Below are positions 57,338 to 64,000 of a stretch of DNA of 64,000 bases, piece by piece (position 1 is the stretch's first letter; every line of letters begins with the position of its first letter). The stretch comes from Escherichia phage 241. The translations under genes were made by a program, and so were the position numbers. The stretch is from sequence record OR924452, one strand, 5' to 3'. A model generated the notes under the pieces. It was given only the letters and a program-made list of their open reading frames with translations, made no database searches and was not told the DNA's origin.

Positions 57338-57955
57338 ATGACGATGACAACGTTGAAGGCCATGGCCTTGTCCGTGACCTTTACCATTGCCAGCGGGAGT
57401 GTGCACGCTTCCCAAAGTACCACCCAATGTGATTACGAATTTTCTGATCAGCAACTTTCAACTATGGCCACTGCCTATCACATAGGCAAACAGCAAGACC
57501 TTGGTTTCACCCTAGCCGCGATATCATGGAGGGAAAGCCGCGCCGGAGAAGATGTGGTATCCATGCGGAATAACCTGAAATCGGCTAATATGGGGGCATT
57601 CCAAAATCGAGTCCAAACCGTTGGGAAACGGGAGGGATGCAAAACACAGAAGTGTTACGCCAACGTGGCGATTAAATTGCTGGTCAATCAAGAGTACGCA
57701 GCCAATGCAGCCCTTGATGAAATGAATTTCTGGCTTGGGTATCATAACCAAAACATCCGCAAATCGCTCTCCTCTTACAATGCCGGTTTCAGTCGTAACC
57801 AAAAATCCAATTCATACGCTGCTGATGTCGTGAAGAAGGCTAAATATCTTCAACGATGTGTGTCTTTCAAAGGCATGGCAATAAACCCGAAGGTCGACCC
57901 AGGAGTGATCGCCATGAATAAGCGCACGATTGAGAAACTCAAGAGGACCCGATAA
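57338..57955 (+). CDS. lytic transglycosylase (SLT domain) with N-terminal signal sequence; endolysin candidate
   Basis: Signal-like MTMTTLKAMALSVTFTIASGSVHA; SLT motifs WRESRAG (catalytic Glu-Ser), SANMGAFQ, SSYNAGF. Confidence 0.65.
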   Translation: MTMTTLKAMALSVTFTIASGSVHASQSTTQCDYEFSDQQLSTMATAYHIGKQQDLGFTLAAISWRESRAGEDVVSMRNNLKSANMGAFQNRVQTVGKREGCKTQKCYANVAIKLLVNQEYAANAALDEMNFWLGYHNQNIRKSLSSYNAGFSRNQKSNSYAADVVKKAKYLQRCVSFKGMAINPKVDPGVIAMNKRTIEKLKRTR

Positions 57956-58593
57956 TGAATATCACTCCATCTCAGACCGGATACGAGCACTTAATGGTGT
58001 TTATTGCGATTCAGGGGGCAAAAGAAGGCATCATCAGTTCTGAATATTCTGGAACGATGCGCCTGGCTGATTATGTTGCTCCCGAAGCGTTTATCAAGAA
58101 ATGTGTCGACGCATGGTGCCTTTATGCTATCGGCACGTATCCTACTCCTCCGGCAGGTGAGCTACTGTTTACCGTTCCGACCCCAGCCGCTGGCGACACA
58201 GACGCGATCTTTGCTGATATGTTGGCCAAAGGTTATCTGGCATATGATAGTGCTCACAATGTCTATGACTTCTCGGCGTTGAATCGTATCTTCGGATACA
58301 CCATAACATCCGAAGCCAATATTCCCGACTATGGAATTCTGGCATGGGGTATTGACGGTCTCGGCGCAACATATGCGTCTTCTGATGTTGGTCCTGTATT
58401 GATTGACACAGGTGTGACAATGGAGCAATACATGTCACAATTCCCTCAGCATAATGTTACCGGAAGCGACATCATTATTGTCTATCCTGGTTCTAATGCG
58501 TTGTCCCGCCTGGTGGACGGCTGGAAGCCTCAGCTGAAGGACATCGTTGCTGGAATCAGATTTCACATCCCTGTCGTCAATCCCACACCTTAA
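57955..58593 (+). CDS. hypothetical protein (212 aa)
   Basis: ATG overlaps previous stop. Confidence 0.5.
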   Translation: MNITPSQTGYEHLMVFIAIQGAKEGIISSEYSGTMRLADYVAPEAFIKKCVDAWCLYAIGTYPTPPAGELLFTVPTPAAGDTDAIFADMLAKGYLAYDSAHNVYDFSALNRIFGYTITSEANIPDYGILAWGIDGLGATYASSDVGPVLIDTGVTMEQYMSQFPQHNVTGSDIIIVYPGSNALSRLVDGWKPQLKDIVAGIRFHIPVVNPTP

Positions 58594-58620
58594 ATTATTC
58601 AATAAAAGGGGCAAACGCCC

Positions 58621-58649
58621 CTTTACTTCTTCAATAACCCACGTATAAT
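58621..58649 (+). promoter_or_regulatory. sigma70-like early promoter (-35 CTTTAC, -10 TATAAT, 17-nt spacer)
   Basis: CTTTACTTCTTCAATAACCCACGTATAAT following a GGGGC-AAAC-GCCCC hairpin. Confidence 0.5.
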
Positions 58650-58697
58650 TCTAAACATAAGCAGTACGACACCAACTTGAAAAGCAGGAACTATATC

Positions 58698-59066
58698 ATG
58701 ACCAAAACTGAATTGAACAACATTCTGAACGTTGCTGGGTACAAGAATATTCTTCGTGGGAACAACAAAATCGCGCGTGACCGTAGCAACAAAATCATCA
58801 AGGGGTTTCCCCTGTGTAAAACTGGTCCGCTCGATATCAGCAACCCGTCCAAGCGCTTGTTTAAAGACTTATTGCGTGAACTCGGCACTAAAGGCCTGGT
58901 GCTAGATAAAAAGGATGACCTGGTTGACTTTGGCATCGCGGTTATGAAGATTGCCAAATTCAAAATAACTCTGTGCGTACAGACAATTCAGACATATGAC
59001 TACTCTGAAGGCCGTGACCCGAATTACGAAACAAAATATGTCAACGTAAGGATTGAAGGGTTATAA
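58698..59066 (+). CDS. hypothetical protein (122 aa)
   Basis: CAGGAACTATATC-ATG context; ORF track start 58677 is further upstream. Confidence 0.45.
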   Translation: MTKTELNNILNVAGYKNILRGNNKIARDRSNKIIKGFPLCKTGPLDISNPSKRLFKDLLRELGTKGLVLDKKDDLVDFGIAVMKIAKFKITLCVQTIQTYDYSEGRDPNYETKYVNVRIEGL

Positions 59067-59147
59067 TACGAATATGCGGGGGCTTGATGCCCCTTTCTTT
59101 TCGCTAATTAAGGAAAACCGCACCGATTTATTATCAGGAGAATTACA

Positions 59148-61532
59148 ATGGCCATCCAATCTTTCTTAAATTTCCTTGACGAGTCCAAACAATTGGACGA
59201 AGCGTTTAACTCCGCTCCATACGAATTGACTTTCGGCAAGAAAAATGCTGGTGACATTTTCTTCACGTTCGTAGACGAAGATGAAAAAGAATTCCGCATC
59301 CAATTTTATACCCCGCAGGGGCTGGGCAAGAACGTTCGTCAGGTCTTCATAGGCCAGAAACGTGGTTCAACCTATCCAGACGCAATCGGTCGTTTCAAAA
59401 ACCCAATGCGTGTCATCGCATCCATGATCGAAGCGACTAAACAATTCATGGCGACACCGCTGGGTAAAACCATTGATGGGTTTGCGATTAACTTCTCCAA
59501 GAAAGCTCTAGAACGCGGAACGACGTTACTCCCAAAAATTATTCGTCAATCTGGTCTGAAGCAGAAACTCAACGTCATGGATCTGACTTATACCCCAATC
59601 CCTGACCGTGCCTTCGTATGGGTTGTACGCAAAGGCAAGGATCCTGCTCAGGTATTCGATGGTCCGAAAATGAAAGGCGTGACTTGGGACGACCCAGACA
59701 AAGTCGGTGACGTTCCTGACCAGGCTGCTCGTGACGCCGCACTACAAGGTGACATGGATGATTTGAGCCAATCCATAAATGCCGATTCTCGCTGGATTCT
59801 GACCAAAGCTGATCATACTCAGCCTATGCTGGTCTGGTCTGGTAAAGAACGTGGGCGGACTATTACCGCCAATATCGCACCTCACGCGAATGAACCTGGT
59901 GTGTATGCTGGTAGTATCATGAACGAGAAACGGATCCGCGCTCAATCCCCAGACGCTATTGTACGCCAACTGGGATTACCGCAGATCCCTGTGAATATTC
60001 TGAATGATTTCACCAAGCAGTCGTCCATCTTCTGGAAAGAGATGACGGGGGATTCTGGAAAAATAGACATGCAGACTTTGCCAAAAACAGGATCTGTGGA
60101 TGACTTACGAAATCAGGGTTATATTGCTCGCCTTCTGGGGATTGTAGACACATATGCTCCACAACAGGTCGGTATGTATGCAGGTGAGAAACTAACACGA
60201 ATCGGCGCGGGCAAATATCGTACTTCGGGTGGTCTGGACATTCAGGTTTATTTCTGGGGAATTGTCAACGGAAAACTTTCTGTAGAAGTGGTTTCTGATT
60301 TATCTGGCAATGAACAGCTGATGCTGGAAGGCGACGTGAAAAACGCTGCTTTTGAAATCGTCAGTGCGATATCCCGTGCTGCTGATTCTCAGTTCAAAGG
60401 TGAAGTGGAATGTCGTGTTGTTCCAATCAACGGTGCCCCATACCCGATTCAAAAGGTTTCCCGTTCCCAGGGTTATTCTTATGTCGATTGTATTTCGTTT
60501 ACCTTGAAGATCGCCGATGCATTGTTAAATCGTTTTACTCTGGGTAAGGCAGTCAAACTCGATCTGATAAAAGAGTTCCCTCGAACGACGTTTATTGTTC
60601 GTTATGACTGGCGCAGCAAAGATACTCTGATGGTCCAGTCTTCTGATGGGAAGACTATCTTCGGCGAAATCAACACAAATTCCAGTGATAACGCTGTCAT
60701 CACTGCGAACCTGAAAGCCCCAAGCAATGCGAAGATATTTGGTGAAACCGTTCATGGGTTCTCTGTGGCTTGGGACTTCCAGTTCCCTGCGGGTAGCCAG
60801 CTGCAAGCCGCACGGTTCGTTACGAACGTGACTTACGACTTCGATCGTAATAAGGCCAACATCACGACCATGCTGACCGAAAATGGCCGAAATGTAGTCA
60901 ACAGCAGCGGATATGACATTCAGTTATCTGTCAAGTCTGTGCAAGATGCGTTGAATGAGACTTCACAACGCCTGAAAGACGCTGCGGCTCAATTGAGCCA
61001 TCTCAGTTCATCAAACTATAACCCGAACAAGCTGTTTCTGAATGATATCACCGTCAGTAAGTTTGGTGCAATTATGTTCCAAGACAAAGATCTGGCGCAG
61101 TCTAGAAACCGCACTGCAGTCATTGATGCCCTGGCTCGCGCCAAAGACCAAGCTGCTGGGGGCAAGAACAGCAGCGATCTGGCCACATATTCCGATTCCA
61201 TCCGCAACAGTGCTCCCAACGGACGAGATCTTGATTGGCAGGTATACGTGACCAATAGCGGCGCAGTTCTTAACGTCGATTGGAGTATCACCTTCCGTCG
61301 CAACACAACCGAAGGTGCATATCGTGAGTTCAAAGATCAGATCAACCGTGCTAACCAGTATTTACAAACGGTATACAACGATGCGAAATCGAAGGGATAT
61401 AACCCGACAGAGCCAAACCTGATGACTCTGGCTCGTGCCCAGCAGTCCGACGAATGGGCGGCAAGTAACGGGGAAAGCGCATACAGTGAGTATGAGCAGT
61501 CTCTGGGCGGCAATCTTCAGATTAAGATCTGA
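59148..61532 (+). CDS. large hypothetical protein (794 aa); candidate virion-packaged internal protein
   Basis: AGGAG RBS; amphipathic acidic N-terminus MAIQSFLNFLDESKQLDE; shares SPDAIVRQLGLPQIPVNILNDF module with downstream gene. Confidence 0.5.
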   Translation: MAIQSFLNFLDESKQLDEAFNSAPYELTFGKKNAGDIFFTFVDEDEKEFRIQFYTPQGLGKNVRQVFIGQKRGSTYPDAIGRFKNPMRVIASMIEATKQFMATPLGKTIDGFAINFSKKALERGTTLLPKIIRQSGLKQKLNVMDLTYTPIPDRAFVWVVRKGKDPAQVFDGPKMKGVTWDDPDKVGDVPDQAARDAALQGDMDDLSQSINADSRWILTKADHTQPMLVWSGKERGRTITANIAPHANEPGVYAGSIMNEKRIRAQSPDAIVRQLGLPQIPVNILNDFTKQSSIFWKEMTGDSGKIDMQTLPKTGSVDDLRNQGYIARLLGIVDTYAPQQVGMYAGEKLTRIGAGKYRTSGGLDIQVYFWGIVNGKLSVEVVSDLSGNEQLMLEGDVKNAAFEIVSAISRAADSQFKGEVECRVVPINGAPYPIQKVSRSQGYSYVDCISFTLKIADALLNRFTLGKAVKLDLIKEFPRTTFIVRYDWRSKDTLMVQSSDGKTIFGEINTNSSDNAVITANLKAPSNAKIFGETVHGFSVAWDFQFPAGSQLQAARFVTNVTYDFDRNKANITTMLTENGRNVVNSSGYDIQLSVKSVQDALNETSQRLKDAAAQLSHLSSSNYNPNKLFLNDITVSKFGAIMFQDKDLAQSRNRTAVIDALARAKDQAAGGKNSSDLATYSDSIRNSAPNGRDLDWQVYVTNSGAVLNVDWSITFRRNTTEGAYREFKDQINRANQYLQTVYNDAKSKGYNPTEPNLMTLARAQQSDEWAASNGESAYSEYEQSLGGNLQIKI

Positions 61533-61540
61533 TCATCAAG

Positions 61541-61552
61541 CCCCTTCGGGGG
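61541..61552 (+). terminator. short hairpin
   Basis: CCCC-TTCG-GGGG immediately before the late-promoter-like motif. Confidence 0.35.
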
Positions 61553-61560
61553 CTAAATAC
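61553..61560 (+). promoter_or_regulatory. late-promoter-like motif CTAAATAC
   Basis: About 20 nt upstream of ATG 61582. Confidence 0.45.
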
Positions 61561-61581
61561 ATCAAAATCCTTAGGAGATCC

Positions 61582-62130
61582 ATGATGAAACCGTTTATCG
61601 AATATTTTAAAGAACAAGCCCAGCAGCCGCAAACTCATGGCGGTATACAAGGCAAAAGTGTAACCATCACTAAACAAGCCGATGGAACACAATGGTGCTC
61701 CGGCGCTACCGTGACCCAGATCACTCCTGACAATCAGGCCGATGTCTATAATCTGGAATTGACTAATGGCAACACCATCAAAGTGAAGCTAACTCCAGAC
61801 CAGACCCACGGCATTACCCAAGGCCAAGAAGTTGTTGCCGTCCATGATGGTTTTGAATTTTTCTTCGGCAAGTCAGCTGACAAAGGTCAGGTTACTGAAG
61901 CGGAAGGCTGGCGTTTCGTCGGTGACCGTGGCGCTCATATTCTGATGTATGACGCAAAAGTTGGCGGTGCCTCCACTATCCTTCGCAGTCCAACAGATCG
62001 AACCAAATTTGTTGGTGGTCTCATCAACGGTAGAAAAATTTTGGGTAATTCCCCAGAAGAACTGGCGGCAAAATTAGGTCTTCCAAAAATTCCTGATAAT
62101 TTATTAAAATCGTTTTTTGGTAAAAAGTGA
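61582..62130 (+). CDS. hypothetical protein (182 aa) paralogous over a C-terminal module to the 794-aa protein
   Basis: ATG 61582 with AGGAGA RBS preferred over non-ATG start 61435; C-terminal SPEELAAKLGLPKIPDNLLKSFF. Confidence 0.5.
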   Translation: MMKPFIEYFKEQAQQPQTHGGIQGKSVTITKQADGTQWCSGATVTQITPDNQADVYNLELTNGNTIKVKLTPDQTHGITQGQEVVAVHDGFEFFFGKSADKGQVTEAEGWRFVGDRGAHILMYDAKVGGASTILRSPTDRTKFVGGLINGRKILGNSPEELAAKLGLPKIPDNLLKSFFGKK

Positions 62131-62148
62131 TTATAAAATACAATCCCC

Positions 62149-62156
62149 CTAAATAC
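62149..62156 (+). promoter_or_regulatory. late-promoter-like motif CTAAATAC inside hairpin
   Basis: CCCCCT-AAATACA-GGGGG hairpin with motif in the loop, 30 nt upstream of ATG 62187. Confidence 0.4.
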
Positions 62157-62186
62157 AGGGGGATTTTCTTTTTAGGGGTAAATATC

Positions 62187-62540
62187 ATGGTCAATGCGAG
62201 TATATTCATCAACCGTGGACTGCTTGCTATAGCCCACTCCCATGCCCTCCACTTCGTTACAACGTCCTATGCCAAGCACAAGGCACTCGGGGAGTTCTAC
62301 GGGGAACTGGAGGACTTGCTGGATACCTTCACAGAGGCATATATCGGCGCGGGTGGTGTATATGTCCCAGGGTTTGAGAATATTAAACTGTACAACCCAG
62401 ATCCTATATCGTATGTCAACAGTGTTGTTATCGACGTAAACGGAATTTATGGTCAATGCGACAGCCATCTTCAAAATACGCTTGATGAAATCAAAACTTT
62501 GTGCTATCAAACGATTTACAAACTGAAGCAATTGTCCTAA
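62187..62540 (+). CDS. hypothetical protein (118 aa)
   Basis: ATG 62187 downstream of motif. Confidence 0.45.
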   Translation: MVNASIFINRGLLAIAHSHALHFVTTSYAKHKALGEFYGELEDLLDTFTEAYIGAGGVYVPGFENIKLYNPDPISYVNSVVIDVNGIYGQCDSHLQNTLDEIKTLCYQTIYKLKQLS

Positions 62541-62603
62541 CTCAATAGGATCATCGTCAGGTTATAATTTTGCCCATTCGTCATCAATAGGATACAGATA
62601 ACA

Positions 62604-63221
62604 ATGGGCAAAATCTTTATACCTTCTCACTCAGAAGGTTGTCAAATCGCTGCAAAATTTCTACACAAACAAATGAATTGTGGTGCTGTGTTCGTAGAAC
62701 CAAATTCATTCGATAATCGTGAATCCCCTGACGCCATCGGGTTCAGACCTGGGGGTTGTTCTATATTAATGGAAGTTAAAGTCTCCCGCGCCGACTTCCT
62801 GACAGACAAAAAGAAACCTCATCGCATGAATCCTTCCATAGGCATGGGAGCATATCGTTTCTATGTTTGCCCAGCAGATGTTATTAAAATTGAAGACCTC
62901 CCTCCCAAATGGGGTTTGTTGTACTTCACCCCTAGAAAATCTTTGAAGCCCGTTCACGTTCCGAATATGCAATATTCCTCTTTGTCTTCACCGGAACATT
63001 ATGCATCATATTTGTCTAAATCTTTGGGCAAAAGAAGTCCTACAGATATCCCTCCTTATCTATTAGGGTACAAACAGATGCTGGAAGAATTTGCCCACTT
63101 TGATCGCAATCAGGTTGCGGAACAAAATATTCTGTATGGGGCTTGGCGACAGCTTTGCATAGCTCAAAGTCGCGGGGTGGATTATAATGTGACAGAAGTA
63201 TTCCAAAGGCCAAATATCTGA
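62604..63221 (+). CDS. hypothetical protein (205 aa), possible PD-(D/E)xK nuclease fold
   Basis: PDAIGF...ILMEVKVS resembles a D...ExK core; weak. Confidence 0.4.
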   Translation: MGKIFIPSHSEGCQIAAKFLHKQMNCGAVFVEPNSFDNRESPDAIGFRPGGCSILMEVKVSRADFLTDKKKPHRMNPSIGMGAYRFYVCPADVIKIEDLPPKWGLLYFTPRKSLKPVHVPNMQYSSLSSPEHYASYLSKSLGKRSPTDIPPYLLGYKQMLEEFAHFDRNQVAEQNILYGAWRQLCIAQSRGVDYNVTEVFQRPNI

Positions 63222-64000
63222 TGAAATTCTTAGACGAACAATACATCAATTTTCTCGCCCCCCGACTTGATAAATTCAGTTGGGAACGTGTTGGCGCTGT
63301 CGCCAAATTTCGTTGCCCATTATGTGGGGATTCTAAGAAGAGTGCCAACAAGCGTCGTGGTCACTTCTTTTATGATCGTGATGACGATGTGTTTCGTTTC
63401 AAGTGCCACAACTGTAATGAAATGAGCGGTTGGGCGTTTGAATTCTGGTTGAAGAAGTTTGACGAGCGTCTGTATAATGAATACAACCTTGAAAAATTCA
63501 GAATCATGGGGGATACCAGTTCCCGCCCGTTACAAAAACTCAAACCACTACAGCGCCTGACCCAGACAGCACGTATCGGTTCTCAGGTCGCCAAACGGGA
63601 TGAAGAGCACCTTGGGAATATGATACGCCTTGATCTTCTTGACCGTGATCATATCGCCCGTCGTTATGTTGAAGGCAGGGGAATGCCGGAGAGCACGTTA
63701 TCTTTGTTGTATTACAGCAGGAATTTTCGTCAAGATCTTCTGAGTTTCGAAACGGATGTTGAGAAGCAGAAGAAGATACCCGAAGATGAGCGGCTGGTAA
63801 TCCCATTCTGGACCCAAGACGGGCGCATGAAGATAGTTCAGGGGCGCGCATTCGGCGATAACCTTCCTGATGGGGTATTACGGTATGCCACTGTCAAGCC
63901 TAAGAACGAAGACACTAAAATCTACGGGGAAGAGCGCATCATTTGGAACAAAACAAAGTTGGTAGTAGAAGGTCCAATTGATAGCTTGTTTCTACCTAAT
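63221..64000 (+). CDS. DNA primase, T4 gp61-like (3' end beyond window)
   Basis: Zinc-binding FRCPLCGDSKKSANKRRGHFFY...CHNCN and KIYGEERI...VVEGPIDSLF match T4 gp61 FRCPVCGDSK and KIYGVERV...VLEGPIDSLF; frame open to window end. Confidence 0.85.
   Translation, partial: MKFLDEQYINFLAPRLDKFSWERVGAVAKFRCPLCGDSKKSANKRRGHFFYDRDDDVFRFKCHNCNEMSGWAFEFWLKKFDERLYNEYNLEKFRIMGDTSSRPLQKLKPLQRLTQTARIGSQVAKRDEEHLGNMIRLDLLDRDHIARRYVEGRGMPESTLSLLYYSRNFRQDLLSFETDVEKQKKIPEDERLVIPFWTQDGRMKIVQGRAFGDNLPDGVLRYATVKPKNEDTKIYGEERIIWNKTKLVVEGPIDSLFLPN

Noticed and set aside
61435-61581. Upstream extension of the 182-aa ORF to a non-ATG start overlapping the 794-aa gene
   Set aside because: ATG at 61582 has an AGGAGA RBS and lies just downstream of the CTAAATAC motif; the extension overlaps the previous gene in another frame
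1-64000. CRISPR arrays, rRNA genes, integrase or transposase genes
   Set aside because: No regularly spaced direct repeats with spacers, no rRNA-like conserved stretches and no recombinase-like ORFs were seen; the region is a lytic phage backbone

Overview
This window reads as a contiguous segment of a T4-like myovirus genome, almost entirely on the + strand with tight or overlapping gene junctions. All calls rest on reading the supplied ORF translations against remembered T4 protein families and on motifs read directly in the DNA; no database search was run. Layout: (1) 1-7844, a receptor-binding module (truncated fibre C-terminus, a beta-helix tailspike, a 1612-aa structural protein); (2) 8457-22019, the T4 gene 13-14-15-16-17-18-19-20-21-22-23 morphogenesis block in T4 order, with a mini-intein in the terminase Walker A motif and a GIY-YIG endonuclease between sheath and tube; (3) 22116-26269, small early genes; (4) 26954-35739, uvsY, uvsW, genes 45/44/62 and regA plus unknowns; (5) 35852-48576, an accessory region with a 673-aa unknown, a vWA/MIDAS protein, an ACP-like protein, a ParB-like protein and a secreted/lipoprotein cluster; (6) 48660-64000, HU, an Fe-S helicase, RNase H, genes 55/47/46, an SLT-domain lysin candidate, two late-promoter-driven proteins sharing a motif, and the 5' part of primase gene 61. 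The strongest candidates for something undescribed are the 35852-42533 accessory cluster and the 59148-62130 protein pair; both are unresolved by sequence reading alone. A CTAAATA(C/T) motif recurs upstream of late genes. No rRNA or CRISPR array was seen; tRNAs were not found by eye but cannot be excluded.
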